Under the pieces are notes generated by a model. The model was not told the DNA's origin. It searched no databases and saw only the letters and a list, made by a program, of their open reading frames with translations. DNA of 63,805 nt, filler included, from Octopus bimaculoides (lineage: Eukaryota): assembly GCF_001194135.2 (NCBI RefSeq). It is 7 parts of 7 records of this genome, joined end to end, with 100 filler letters (N's around TTAATTAATTAA, not from the genome) between each part and the next. Parts side by side here need not be neighbours in the genome. Positions count along the whole stretch, not along the records: positions 9,653 to 22,164 come from NC_068997.1; positions 22,265 to 33,159 come from NC_068991.1; 5 more parts are not named here. One strand, 5' to 3'. Shown piece after piece: positions 13,966 to 27,189 of the stretch. A program made the position numbers and the translations under genes. Within the stretch, counting starts at the first letter, position 1, and the number at the start of each line of letters is the position of its first letter.

Positions 13966-14361
13966 TACACATAACTCCTTTACCTTAGCATTGCTAAAAA
14001 TATACTACACATCTCTACACTAAATCGACCAGACGTTAATGTAAAATAACCCGATATTTAACTGATAAATATACTGCTCGATTTTGTAATTCAACCAAAT
14101 AGGATACGTATANNNNNNNNNNNNNNNNNNNNNNNNNNNNNNNNNNNNNNNNNNNNNNNNNNNNNNNNNNNNNNNNNNNNNNNNNNNNNNNNNNNNNNNN
14201 NNNNNNNCACACACGCACATGTACATACGCATACACACACATACACACACACGCATATACTCACACAGACACATATATATTACGTACTTGATAATCGCAC
14301 CTGGATAGATACCGATGGTCATAAAATTGCAAGCAATTGCATATCACCGACTCTGTACGGA

Positions 14362-14417
<56 letters not shown>

Positions 14418-14693
14418 TTGGATATAATTTTATGTGTATGTATGTTAGTATGTATGTGAGTTTGCATGTGTATGTGTGTATGTGATTGTGTGAACGCAGC
14501 GATAGTGGACGACTATCTCCCGCCAGCGATATAAAATCGAGTGCGTATATGCACCACTGATTCATTTGAGAGTAAATAACGTAGTATTTGGTGTTCTAAT
14601 ACACCATTCACTTTTAAGTGGGGATAAATATTACCTTTTGGTATTAATACTACTTCTGTCACCATTGATTACTTTCTAATAAGCCCACTGGTT

Positions 14694-16558
14694 ATTTGCG
14701 GCTCCATTGCCTGAATGGACACTGAGATTCTATGTATATCACTGACCGAGAAATCGCTGGTATACTTAGCTTCGGGTGTCTGCCATTGCTAGGGCCAAGG
14801 AAGGTCGAAATCACGTGATTTGGCACGCGAATTACTCGAGCCTTGTAAAATTTGTGAGGCCTTTCAGCAGCACTTTGCCAGACTGTTCGGGACAAGTGGC
14901 GAGCGAGAACGCATGGTGAACTTCAGTGCCTACCTGCATAGCCTGCCACGACTCTCGACAAGAGCTTTACAATTGTATGCCAGTTTTTTTTAAGGCGCCT
15001 TGGCAGCAGTGTATTGCAACTGGCAGCAAAACGGGAGTATCCCCGGTTTTGTGAGCCGAGGATCCGTAACGCTGCTTAAGAAAGATCCAAACAAGGGGGA
15101 CGTAATAGATAACTTTAGGCCCATCACTCTGCTCAATGCAAACTTGAAAATTTTGGCCAAGGTGCTAACCAAGAGGTTGGCGCTTGTCATCGAGAAACTG
15201 GTTGACAAGGTGCAAACGTGCGCCGTGCCGGAGCATCCATGACAACCTCCACCTCATGTGCTACATCATAGACAGGGTAGTTAAGGAACATGGCATAGGT
15301 GGGGCACTGATCAATTTGGATCAATCCAAAGTTTTCGATAAGGTAGACCATCGATACTTGGAAGCTGTCCTCATAGCGGCTGGGTTCGGTCCCGTTTTCC
15401 GCGGCTGGATCGCTGCCCTATACAAAGACATCCATTCAGTAATTCGCGTGAATGGGCATCTATCGAGACCATTTGACATTGCACGTTCGGTCCGTCAGGG
15501 ATGCCCTCCTCTCGTCGCTTCTGTACGTGCTGACCCTCGAGCCACTACTGCGGAAGCTAGCGACGTTGAGGGGCATCCCGTGAGAATTGGAATGCGGGAC
15601 GAGCGTGTCCGCATACGCGGACGACGTCACTGATATAGTGACTAGCCACAATAGCATCGACCTGGTTGGCGAGACACTGAAAGACTACGAAGCAGTAACA
15701 GGAGCGAAAATCACCCGGGAAAAGTCAGTGAGTTTGCGGCTCGGGACCTGGAGAAGCACGCCCATGCCGTCCAACAGCGCCTCCGTCGTGGAAAATTGGA
15801 CTGACGGGTCGATCGAGATGCTTGGGGTCTGGTTTGGTCCGGACCTCCAAACGGAGAAGAAATGGGACGCGATAACGAGTAGCGTGGCCACTCTCGCCTA
15901 GCAATAAGCTGAGAGGAAGTTGTCCCTAAAGGTCGAGCGGAGGTGGCGAATGCGTGCATCGCGTCCGTCATCTACTACCGCCTGACCGTCGTGCCTTGTC
16001 CCGACCTTACCATCACCAAACTGGAACGCATCCTCTTCCGCTTCTTGTGGAAAGGAAGCGTTCCGATGGTCAGGTGATCCGTTTGCTGCCAACACCCGCT
16101 AAAAGGAGGGATGAGCATACCGTGGTTGATCATGCGCAGACGCGCACTGAGACTGCGACATCTCCGGCTCTATATAGACGACGGTGAACAGGTGTTGTCG
16201 CCGTTTGTGTGGCACGCTTTCACGCAGCTCGTCTCCCTGACCGAACTGCAGTCGTTGATCAAAGAGAGGCCGAGGAAGGGCGATTTGCACTGCGAGTGTC
16301 TCGTTCCTCTCGAGCAACTATGCCGTCCCGAGTCGAACTTGAGCGACTGCATCACAACCAAAGCATTTTATTGGGGATTAGTGGAGGAGAGGTACGACGA
16401 CAATCTCGGGGCGAACCTGGGCGTCGACGAGGAATACCTGACCCACCTGTTCAAGACGACTTTCGGGCCGGGACCTATGGACAACTTCCAGAGATCCCTG
16501 GCCTGGCAGTGCTATCGAGAAGCGCTACCCGTTCGGGATAAGCTCTACAGGCATCCCA
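14694..16558 (+). mobile_element. Tx1/L1-clade LINE ORF2 fragment (reverse transcriptase), degenerate
   Basis: NFRPITLLN..KILAK, LDQSKVFDKVDHRYL, VRQGCP, AYADDV. Several frameshifts and stops. Ends at ALPVRDKLYRH. Confidence 0.9.
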
Positions 16559-16559
16559 C

Positions 16560-16974
16560 TGTCCGTTATTAGGCCAATGTCTAACCCAAAACGTAATCTA
16601 TAAGTGTAGTATCACAACTGTAGCTGGTAATTTTGTATATATAGGATGTTCAATAAATATGAAAAAACGTATTAATAACCATTTTTCATTAGGCTCAAAC
16701 ATAAGGCCAATTGTACATCCTTATCTAGTGAAATTTGGGAACTGGAGGAAAGCAGAATCGAATTTAGCCTTAAATGGGATATTATAAGGAAAGCGCAACC
16801 TTATAGAGATAGTCGGTACGGGTGCGAGCTGTGCTCTATGGAAACTTGGAAACTTACGAAATGTTTAAGTATAGTGACAAGAGCAACCTGGTTAATAATA
16901 GATTAGACTTAAGGGTATCATGCGTACATAGTGTCACCCGTACATTCAAATATTTTCGAAATGAGCGTTTATAG
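16560..16974 (+). mobile_element. Penelope-like element GIY-YIG endonuclease fragment
   Basis: CPLLGQCLTQNVIYKC...VYIGCSINMKKRINNH, then WELEESRIEFSLKWDIIRKAQPY...CELC after a frameshift. Confidence 0.75.
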
Positions 16975-18172
16975 GTGCTGCACTTGAACCTAGACAGGAG
17001 AAATTAATTTTAGTGTCGTATATGATGTGAACTTACCCTCTAGTATTATATATAAATTATATATATTTTCTTATTATTCTCTGTAATTTCTTATTATTGT
17101 GTTTTCTTATTTTCATACTTTTACCTATCAACCTCTTATCTCTTATAAGTTATTAATGTTCACAAAGAGAAATATAAACTTTCTTGTTACTTAAATCTAG
17201 AAGAGTTGATTATAACATACCCATAATAAAGTACAAATATTTGTGTATATTTGCATGTGTGCACATAGTTAAATATGTGTATGTATCTGCGCACAAATTA
17301 TTTTTCCGATTTTTTTTTTCTGATTTTTGGCTTATAACTAATATAAAGATATCATGATTTATCGCCCCAGTATTCCATAAGTAAATACCCAGAGCAATCT
17401 TTTTAGAAACCACCTTATAAGTAAATAATTAAGTACTGGTATGAATATTAAACTAATTCTATGTAATCTTCCCTTTCTAATGTTGAAAATTAGTATATAT
17501 ACACAGTTTATCTATTCTGGTTATAATATCATTTTTAGCAATCTTAAATTTTATCATCGTACAACATAACAATATTGTTTATATACAATCATCCATTGTA
17601 CCCCATGATAATTTCTTCGGTATTAACAACATATGTTTTATTAGCGTCTTGCCCCTTTAACTGGTAATTGACATCTTGATTTAGGGTCTTCCCCTCCCCA
17701 GCCTCCTTTATAGACAATTACTTATACATTTCTTAAAATCCTGACAATATTTATGACCATACCCAACTGTAAACTGTCAACTCACTCTGTCTATCCATTC
17801 TAAACAGAAGCTGTCTTCTAGCCTTAGATTTGGTAGTTGATAAAAAAAGACTAATAAATTTAAAATGAACCACAATCCTCTACAAGCTATGACCCTAACA
17901 AACTTCATACAGTTCTTAGAAGTGTAGTATATTCTGAGTCACATTAGTAGCAACATGGACTTTCTCCTTCTTCTTGCTCTATTAGAGAATTTGAGTAAAA
18001 TTATATTAATGTGTCCAATTGATTAAAAAAACTCTATTTATTTTATGCAGCTGAGGATAGTCCTGCATTTAAATTGGTGTAATGATCGAATTTTTCAATT
18101 AAATAGAGCCGCTTGAAACGGTCATACTGCATCACCTCTTCATATCTTGTTGCTCATTTTGATTTTATATGC

Positions 18173-18213
<41 letters not shown>

Positions 18214-18608
18214 CAACGCTCTAACCTTACTTTAGTTTATTGATCCCTTTTTATATCCCATAAAATTACATTTCTCATGTATATGATGACTACTACCATT
18301 TTTAGATTTTGTTCCAATTCCATGAACGAAATGTTATATCTGAAATTGCCCTGTATTCCGGAGTAGAGAATTTTAAACGTAAACGTTTTTCTGCTCGAAA
18401 TTTTGCATTTCCTGTTTCTTTTTTTGCTTCACATGAAAAACTAATCTACTTCGATCAAAAATCCATTTCATGGTTCGACAGTCGAAGTAAATGTGTTTTA
18501 GGAGAGTTCTTCATTTTTCATATACATTTCTCTCGCAAAACTATAAATTTGTCTAGAGTAACAAAGAAAATTTATATGAATTATATTTTAATATGTATGC
18601 CTTGATTA

Positions 18609-18730
18609 GAGAGGCGAGCTGCTAGAATCGTTAGCACGGCGGACAAAGTTACCAGTTGACTGGGGTCGATGTAATCGACTTAACTCCTTGTCCGAAACTG
18701 GTGGCCTTGTGCCTATAGTAGAAAATATCA
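18609..18730 (+). mobile_element. SINE family A, internally deleted, with (TTA)n tail
   Basis: Head gaggcgagctgctagaatcgttagc; tail ccttgtgcctatagtagaaa. Confidence 0.7.
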
Positions 18731-18742
18731 TTATTATTATTA

Positions 18743-18803
<61 letters not shown>

Positions 18804-19090
18804 GTGATGAAAACTCAGCTTATTTTGCTGGGTATGATGGAAAGTGTCAGCTGTCCACAGCCAGCAGACTAAGGTGACACTTGTTTACTGGACATGCGAT
18901 CGTGTTTTTTGTGGGATTTCCAAGAGCAGTCCTTAGAAGCCTCCCTCTTTTGGGGATGCATTTGTTATAATTTCTATTGTTCACACAATTTTCTTCTCAC
19001 AATTAAATCCCACTCCATTTGTGTTGTCTCGTCTTGTGAAGTCCCCATTCTTTTATATAAACTCTCAGTGGTGAAGTAAAGATTATTATT

Positions 19091-19305
19091 CTCTTTCACT
19101 CTTTTACTCTTTTATTTGTTTCAGTCATTTGACTGCGGCCATGCTGGAGCACCGCTTTGGTCGAACAAATCGAACCCAGGACTTATTCTTCGTAAGCCTA
19201 GGACTTATTCCATCGAACTTTTTTGCCGAACCACTAAGTTATGGGGCTGTAAACACACCAGCATCGGTTGTCAAGCGATGGTAGGGGGACAAACACAGAC
19301 ACACA

Positions 19306-19343
<38 letters not shown>

Positions 19344-19677
19344 TANNNNNNNNNNNNNNNNNNNNNNNNNNNNNNNNNNNNNNNNNNNNNNNNNNNNNNN
19401 NNNNNNNNNNNNNNNNNNNNNNNNNNNNNNNNNNNNNNNNNNNNNNNNNNNNNNNNNNNNNNNNNNNNNNNNNNNNNNNNNNNNNNNNNNNNNNNNNNNN
19501 NNNNNNNNNNCAAACACACACATATATATACGACGAGTTTCTTTCAGTTTTCATCTACCAAAGGCTTTGGTCGGTCCGTGGTTATAGTAGAAGACACTTG
19601 CCAAAGTTTCCACGCAATGGGACTAAACCCAGAACCATGTGGTTGGGAAGCAAGCTTCTTACCACATACCCACTCCT
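19091..19677 (-). mobile_element. tRNA-derived SINE family B (internal TA/TG microsatellite, CR1-like tail)
   Basis: Family layout: tRNA-like head with B box, then a ...ttggcaagtgtcttct core; tail gcggtgctccagcatggccgcagtcaaatgactgaaac. Confidence 0.85.
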
Positions 19678-19699
19678 ATTATTATTATGAGTTTATTAA

Positions 19700-20065
19700 C
19701 AGGTGGGTGAAAGTTGTGAAAATGGCAAGAGTGGATGGTACCTCTCTAAGTGTAGAACTGTGAGTCAGAGAGAAGGAATTAGAGAGGGAACTTGCTCCTA
19801 GGGTTTCAGGGAAATCTCGGACAGTAGGATTCTTCGATAATCCCTAGAGGCGTTCCTGTATCAGGTGGGTCACATCTCTATCAGCCTCTCCGCTTTTTTT
19901 ATATCTTTTCATGTTATGCATATGTCCCTTCTTTTCCAGTGTATACCGTGTATACTTCATTTTTTTCTTTAAATCATTTCATTATTATATGTAAACCCCC
20001 ACACTTTATGTCTGTTTCTGTATTGTTCCCTCATCCTACGCCCCTGTGACAAATACATGAAATCG

Positions 20066-20066
<1 letters not shown>
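19700..20066 (+). mobile_element. 3' end of a Tx1-like LINE (related subfamily)
   Basis: 3' UTR resembles 21660-22005 (gtaaacccccac...tgtattgt...ccc..gtg..aata). Followed by (TTA)n. Confidence 0.5.
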
Positions 20067-20136
<70 letters not shown>

Positions 20137-20138
<2 letters not shown>

Positions 20139-20352
20139 GGCAGCGACCTGGCAGAATCGTTAGCACGCTGGACGAAATGTTTAGAAGTATTTCATCTGCC
20201 GCTACGTTCGAAATTCACATTCCGCCGAGGTCGACTTTGCTTTTCATCCTTTCGTAGTCGATAAATTAAGTACCAGTTGAGTACTGAGGTCGATGTAATC
20301 GACTATCACCTTCCCCAAATTTAAGGCTTTGTGCCTGTGATAGAAAGAATTA
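20137..20352 (+). mobile_element. SINE family A, full length
   Basis: A and B boxes, body and tail present. Confidence 0.85.
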
Positions 20353-20539
20353 TTATTGTTGTTGTTGTTGTTGTTCGCCTATCGACACCTGTCGCACATT
20401 GCTGCGTAAGTTTTGCTATTCATATTGTTTTACATTCTACATTTGTTATTGTTACTTAGTTGAACAAACCAGAACCTTGAGGAACTGATTAGTTCTTTCC
20501 CATTTGTAACCCTTAGGGGTTATCATGAGATTTGTTTGG

Positions 20540-22008
20540 GTTAAAACGCCCCTTCATTTTCGCTAAAATCAAAGATGGCGAATGAAAACCGTCCGACCAC
20601 AAAAAAGAACAGCAAGTTATCCGCATGACAGAACAGCCAAGTTAAACAAGACAGCGACGGCTGTAGCAACAACAACAACAACAGCGCACGTGGAACGTGT
20701 GAAAATGAATTCCCCTTGCTTTTTTTCTTTCCCTTCACCACCGTACAAACAAAGGAAAATTACAAACTCCAGCAACACAAGCGAAAACACTACCGTTTCT
20801 ACCGCTACTACCAGTTTGCCGAAGCCTAGAAACTCATCAAACACGAGTAAAATTGGGCCAACTTAACTATCCCAGCAGAGAACATCAAAGCAAGGGAGAG
20901 AAGAACGGTACATTTCAGATGCATCTCAGCAGAGAGGTAGAAAGCGGCTTTAATAGCACAAGCAGATATTGAAACTGCGCTTAGATGTATCAGGGATGAC
21001 ACGGAGTACATAGCAAGGGGCAGACAATACGGCACCATTTCGGTGCTTTTTAAGTCAGAAGCCTTCGCTATGAAACACTCAATGACCCCATGCAAAATCA
21101 GCAAAGTCATGATGTACCCCTCCCACATGGGAAAAAGAACAGCACGTGTCAGCATTGCCAGGATTCCAGCAAGACTTGAAACGTGGTGGCTTCTGGGATG
21201 CATAATCGAGCAAGGGTCAGATCCCGTCCCGATAGAGATGACAAAAACTGCCAAAGAGGACTGGTCCGGGGTTGACCTGGAGATAGTTTTATTGTGGGTG
21301 TTGTTACGCCGGTTCGAGATAAACTCTACAGGCACAGAAGTGCTGTCAGACGGACCTGCCCGAGACGAAACCATTTGACATGCATTCGTCCAGTGTCCAT
21401 GCATTACTGACTTGTGGAGTTATGTCGAACAGTTGTTGTCGCGTGTAGGACGGATCCGACTATCGGCCGAATCCATAGTGAAGATGGATCCGCCGCCTTC
21501 CTTTGGCCAAGAAAGGCAAGCAATTTTCCTCTGTCTGGTAGCAGTAGCAAAAGAAGTTGTACGGTGAACCAGGTTGAAAGGACTGAAAACAAACACTTTT
21601 CTCTTCGGCCAATCCCTCATCAACTTTTTCAAATTTCACCTGGAAGATGAGGGAAGTGATGCCTCCAGTACATTTGCTGAAATGTGGTGAATGTAGCGAA
21701 AATGGCCCGTGTGAGTAGATCTACTCTAATAAGGCGCCTGTAGGCTGGTGATTTTGAGGATGAGAGGGGTTCCCTTCCCGAGTACCCTCGAAGCGTCGGG
21801 TAGTTCAGGACTGGTGGACTACCTGAGCCAACCGTCGTTGGTTATCCCCTTATTGGGGAAATCTCACTGTTGTTTTTTTTTTGCTTAATGTTTATTGTTT
21901 TCTTAATTGTTTACTTGTTTTCTGTAAAACCCCCACTGTCCCCGTCTACTGTATTGTCCCCGTTTACTGTATTATCCCCTATATATCGGCCCCAGTGGCC
22001 AATAAATT
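20540..22008 (+). mobile_element. Internally deleted Tx1-like LINE: ORF1 N-terminal half fused to ORF2 C-terminus plus 3' UTR
   Basis: aagATGgcg start at 20575, ORF1-like protein to about 21305, then PVRDKLYRH...TCPR..ET..HAFVQC (CCHC knuckle). 3' UTR ends gtggccaataaa plus (TAA/TTA)n. Confidence 0.75.
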
Positions 22009-22038
22009 AAATGATAATAATAATAATCATTATTAATG

Positions 22039-22154
<116 letters not shown>

Positions 22155-22382
22155 GCGTAGGCATNNNNNNNNNNNNNNNNNNNNNNNNNNNNNNNNNNNN
22201 NNNNNNNNTTAATTAATTAANNNNNNNNNNNNNNNNNNNNNNNNNNNNNNNNNNNNNNNNNNNNATATATATATATATATATATATATATAGGGAGAATT
22301 CACAAAAAAAAAAACAAAAGGTGAAGACAGGTAGTGTAGACAGCAAACAGATGTATTAGTTTAACGCTCGTGAAGTGAAAAA

Positions 22383-22421
22383 GTCTTTAACGTTTCGAGC
22401 CTACGCTCTTCTACAGAAAGG
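22383..22421 (-). ncRNA. Minimal hammerhead motif with A6>U
   Basis: Minus strand reads cttt CTGTAGA a gagc gtag gctc GAAACGT T aaag. Confidence 0.45.
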
Positions 22422-22778
22422 AGCACAGAAAGAAACAAGGAGAGAAAATAAAGAATGTGTAGGAGCTACCGATCTATATATATATATATATATAAATATG
22501 TATGTGTATGTGTGTGTGTTTGTATTTTTGTAAGCACATACGAAAACCACACCCTTTCACCCCGCTTCACATATATATGTGTGCGTGTGTGTATGTGTGT
22601 GTGTGTATGTATGTATGTATGTATGTATGTACTGTATACCTGTTGCAGTAACGTTGACAACGGAAACTAAAGCTGTTGTATCTGGTGACATTGTTGCCGA
22701 CGGTGTCGGGATGACGCGGCTGTTAAGAAATACTTTATACAAGCCCAAGAAAATAACTTTCTTTTTCCCTCACTTTCT

Positions 22779-22842
<64 letters not shown>

Positions 22843-22997
22843 TTATCTATCTATCTCCCTTATGGTACATGTAATACTACTTACCAAGCAACTAAGCAAC
22901 TATTCTTTTTGACTTTTCTTTACATTTTGACCGTGAAAGCAGCTGCCTTTATGGAGGCGAGTGGGGGGAGGATTAAAATAGTAGTAGTAGTAGTAGC

Positions 22998-23051
<54 letters not shown>

Positions 23052-23795
23052 GGTGGTGGNNNNNNNNNNNNNNNNNNNNNNNNNNNNNNNNNNNNNNNNN
23101 NNNNNNNNNNNNNNNNNNNNNNNNNNNNNNNNNNNNNNNNNNNNNNNNNNNNNNNNNNNNNNNNNNNNNNNNNNNNNNNNNNNNNNNNNNNNNNNNNNNN
23201 NNNNNNNNNNNNNNNNNNNNNNNNNNNNNNNNNNNNNNNNNNNNNNNNNNNNNNNNNNNNNNNNNNNNNNNNNNNNNNNNNNNNNNNNNNNNNNNNNNNN
23301 NNNNNNNNNNNNNNNNNNNNNNNNNNNNNNNNNNNNNNNNNNNNNNNNNNNNNNNNNNNNNNNNNNNNNNNNNNNNNNNNNNNNNNNNNNNNNNNNNNNN
23401 NNNNNNNNNNNNNNNNNNNNNNNNNNNNNNNNNNNNNNNNNNNNNNNNNNNNNNNNNNNNNNNNNNNNNNNNNNNNNNNNNNNNNNNNNNNNNNNNNNNN
23501 NNNNNNNNNNNNNNNNNNNNNNNNNNNNNNNNNNNNNNNNNNNNNNNNNNNNNNNNNNNNNNNNNNNNNNNNNNNNNNNNNNNNNNNNNNNNNNNNNNNN
23601 NNNNNNNNNNNNNNNNNNNNNNNNNNNNNNNNNNNNNNAACGCAGAACTACATCAACTACTGAACGTTTCCTTTTTATTTTTGTTTTTTGTTGTTGATAA
23701 GACAGTAGGGTGTGGTTTTCTTTTGCTATTTCGTGCAATTCGAGTAAGTGTAGTTACCATGATAATTGTGGTGGTGGTCGTGGAGAAGGTGGATG

Positions 23796-23841
<46 letters not shown>

Positions 23842-23954
23842 AGCGGTGGCGGTGGTAGTGGTGGTCGTCGTGGTGGTCGTGACAGCAGCTATAATACTGC
23901 TTTACATTATTTACATTATTTACATTTGGCGGATATTTGTCCTCATCTTGTTTG

Positions 23955-24006
23955 TTGTTAACAACGTTTCGGCTAATATACCCCCCAGCCTTCATCAGGT
24001 GTCTTA
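23955..24006 (-). ncRNA. Minimal type I hammerhead motif
   Basis: Minus strand reads gacac CTGATGA a ggctg...tagcc GAAACGT T gt. ACGT palindrome; stem I short. Confidence 0.55.
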
Positions 24007-24523
24007 CTCTTTACTTGTTTCAGTCGTTTGACTCCGGCCATGCTGGAGCACTGCCTTTATAGTCAAGCAAGTCGACCCCAGAGCTTATTCTTTGCAAGCC
24101 TAGTACTTATTCTATCGCACTCTTTTGTCGAACCGCTAATGTTACGGGGACGTAAACACACCAGCATCAGTTGTCAAGTGATGCTGGAGGGACAAACATA
24201 TACAGACACATACATACATATACATATATGTCCATGTTCTTTTGCAACGTCATGTACCCAGATATGTATCTATATATACTTGTAGATGAAGGTATGTACA
24301 TACATGTAAATATATATGCATATACTCATATATTGTTTATATATATATATACATATATACGACGGTCTTCTTCCAGTTTCCGTCTACCAAATCCACTCAC
24401 AAGGCTTTGGTTGGCCCGAGGTTATAGTAGAAGACACTTGCCCAAGGTGCCACGCAGTGGGACTGAACCCGGGATCATGTGGTTGGTAAGCAAGCTACTT
24501 ACCACACAGCCACAGCTGCGTCT
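24003..24523 (-). mobile_element. SINE family B, full length
   Basis: Same head, core and tail. Inserted next to a hammerhead-bearing PLE fragment. Confidence 0.85.
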
Positions 24524-25489
24524 TGGGGAAATTTTGAACTTGGGTTCTCNNNNNNNNNNNNNNNNNNNNNNNNNNNNNNNNNNNNNNNNNNNNNNNNNNN
24601 NNNNNNNNNNNNNNNNNNNNNNNNNNNNNNNNNNNNNNNNNNNNNNNNNNNNNNNNNNNNNNNNNNNNNNNNNNNNNNNNNNNNNNNNNNNNNNNNNNNN
24701 NNNNNNNNNNNNNNNNNNNNNNNNNNNNNNNNNNNNNNNNNNNNNNNNNNNNNNNNNNNNNNNNNNNNNNNNNNNNNNNNNNNNNNNNNNNNNNNNNNNN
24801 NNNNAGATTCCGAGTTCGATTCCAGGCAGTGCATTATAATCCTGATATTTTATATTATGTAATATATTAATTTTATTTTATTTTGCTTTATTTTTAATAA
24901 GCCATTAACTTCGTGAGGTATATTCATCGAGATAAGAAATTTATCGACCAATTAATTACAGGAGAGAAAGTGAGTGAGACAGAAATAGATTTTTAAAAAA
25001 AAAGGATGAAACAAGTTTCAGCTAGAACTCGAACCCGTATTGCATTTTCCAGTTCTTTTTTTTTCTTCTTTTTCACACAAGTAGTAATGTAGTAAGTAGC
25101 CTTACTTCTTGCACGTTGGTGCTCCTCCTCCCGTGCAAACATCACCACCAGCCAATTCACTATCTCCTCCCACTTGTACCCCGAAGCTACAGGTGGTTAA
25201 TGGTTTAACTCGGCTTACGACGACGTACGTAGAGTGTCGTGTGGCAGGCTTTTTACATGCTCCTTTCTTTTGTTTGAGCAGATCTTAACCCCACCCCCAC
25301 CCATCCCGCAGCCCCTCTTAGCTCCACCCTCTTCTACCTCTACGCAACCTGCACGCGTCTACGTCTCTTCTCTCACTCTGTCTCTCTCTCTTTCTTTTTC
25401 GCTCTCTCTCTATCTATCTATCTATCTATCTCCCAATTCGTTCCGCGAAACGCCCACGCCAGATGCTGGCAATACTCGACTACCACCAA

Positions 25490-25629
25490 CACCACTACTC
25501 CTACTTATACTGTTACTGCTGCTCTTTTCGCTGATACTACTACTACTACTACTACTATTACGACCATCACTACCACTACTATTACTATTATTACAACTAC
25601 TACTACTACTTACTACCACCACCACCACC

Positions 25630-25676
<47 letters not shown>

Positions 25677-27120
25677 AGCGCAGTTTTATTATTACTATAA
25701 ATAGTAGTACAAGTATTGCTGCTGTTACTACTACTGCTACTACTACGACTACTATTGCTGCTGCTACTACTGCTGCCACTACTACTACAACTAGTAATCC
25801 TTCTGCAACTACTACTACTGTTGTTGTTGCTGCGAATGCTACTAATGCTGCTGCAGCTTCTACTACAACTAATACTAACACTACTACTACTACTACTACT
25901 ACCCTTGTTGCTGCAACTACTACTACTATCAAGAATCCCCCCTCCACCACCCCCACCCCCGCTCAACCACAAACAGCTCCACGACCAGTATCACTTTTAT
26001 CTCTGCAAACCACCACCGCCTCCGCCAATACACCACCACCCAACACCNNNNNNNNNNNNNNNNNNNNNNNNNNNNNNNNNNNNNNNNNNNNNNNNNNNNN
26101 NNNNNNNNNNNNNNNNNNNNNNNNNNNNNNNNNNNNNNNNNNNNNNNNNNNNNNNNNNNNNNNNNNNNNNNNNNNNNNNNNNNNNNNNNNNNNNNNNNNN
26201 NNNNNNNNNNNNNNNNNNNNNNNNNNNNNNNNNNNNNNNNNNNNNNNNNNNNNNNNNNNNNNNNNNNNNNNNNNNNNNNNNNNNNNNNNNNNNNNNNNNN
26301 NNNNNNNNNNNNNNNNNNNNNNNNNNNNNNNNNNNNNNNNNNNNNNNNNNNNNNNNNNNNNNNNNNNNNNNNNNNNNNNNNNNNNNNNNNNNNNNNNNNN
26401 NNNNNNNNNNNNNNNNNNNNNNNNNNNNNNNNNNNNNNNNNNNNNNNNNNNNNNNNNNNNNNNNNNNNNNNNNNNNNNNNNNNNNNNNNNNNNNNNNNNN
26501 NNNNNNNNNNNNNNNNNNNNNNNNNNNNNNNNNNNNNNNNNNNNNNNNNNNNNNNNNNNNNNNNNNNNNNNNNNNNNNNNNNNNNNNNNNNNNNNNNNNN
26601 NNNNNNNNNNNNNNNNNNNNNNNNNNNNNNNNNNNNNNNNNNNNNNNNNNNNNNNNNNNNNNNNNNNNNNNNNNNNNNNNNNNNNNNNNNNNNNNNNNNN
26701 NNNNNNNNNNNNNNNNNNNNNNNNNNNNNNNNNNNNNNNNNNNNNNNNNNNNNNNNNNNNNNNNNNNNNNNNNNNNNNNNNNNNNNNNNNNNNNNNNNNN
26801 NNNNNNNNNNNNNNNNNNNNNNNNNNNNNNNNNNNNNNNNNNNNNNNNNNNNNNNNNNNNNNNNNNNNNNNNNNNNNNNNNNNNNNNNGTGGTAGTGGTG
26901 GCGGTAGTAGTGGTGGTTGTTGTTGCAGTTGTTGTTGGCAGTGATAGTGGTGGTGGCGGTGGTGGCGGTGGTGGCGGTGGTAATAATAGTGGAAGCGGTG
27001 GTGTTATGTTATTTCAACGTGGCAGTTTCGGTAGAAGTACTGGTAGTGGTGGCTGTTCAGGTAATGAAGTGGTTTTAATAGTGGTGTTTCTGTGGTAGTT
27101 ACAGTAGTAGCTTTGGTTGT
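25490..27120. repeat. Cryptic trinucleotide low-complexity region (ACT/ACC/GCT/GGT) spanning a gap
   Basis: Read directly from the sequence. Confidence 0.85.
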
Positions 27121-27189
27121 GGTAGTGGTAGTGGTAGTGATTGAGCTGGATGTTGTAATACAATAGTCATAGCGACTACTGTTGTTGTT

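Noticed and set aside
14694-16558. GC-rich island suggesting contamination or horizontal transfer
   Set aside because: Explained by a Tx1-like LINE whose family has other decayed copies in the window.
18041-18132. atgcag CTGAGGA ... GAAAC ... ctgcat, and similar weak hits at 33461, 36151, 48940 and 2830
   Set aside because: Stem II and/or stem III cannot be formed; possibly decayed hammerheads but not supportable.
20137-20230. tRNA-like A and B boxes in many places
   Set aside because: These are SINE heads continuing into SINE bodies; no cloverleaf.
22630-22745. Short GC-richer stretch encoding a T/S-rich peptide on the minus strand
   Set aside because: Bounded by microsatellites, with no clear splice pair or homology.
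25234-27098. Poly-L/T/V/S ORFs suggesting a mucin-like protein
   Set aside because: Cryptic trinucleotide repeats open in several frames on both strands, with no splice signals or unique domain.
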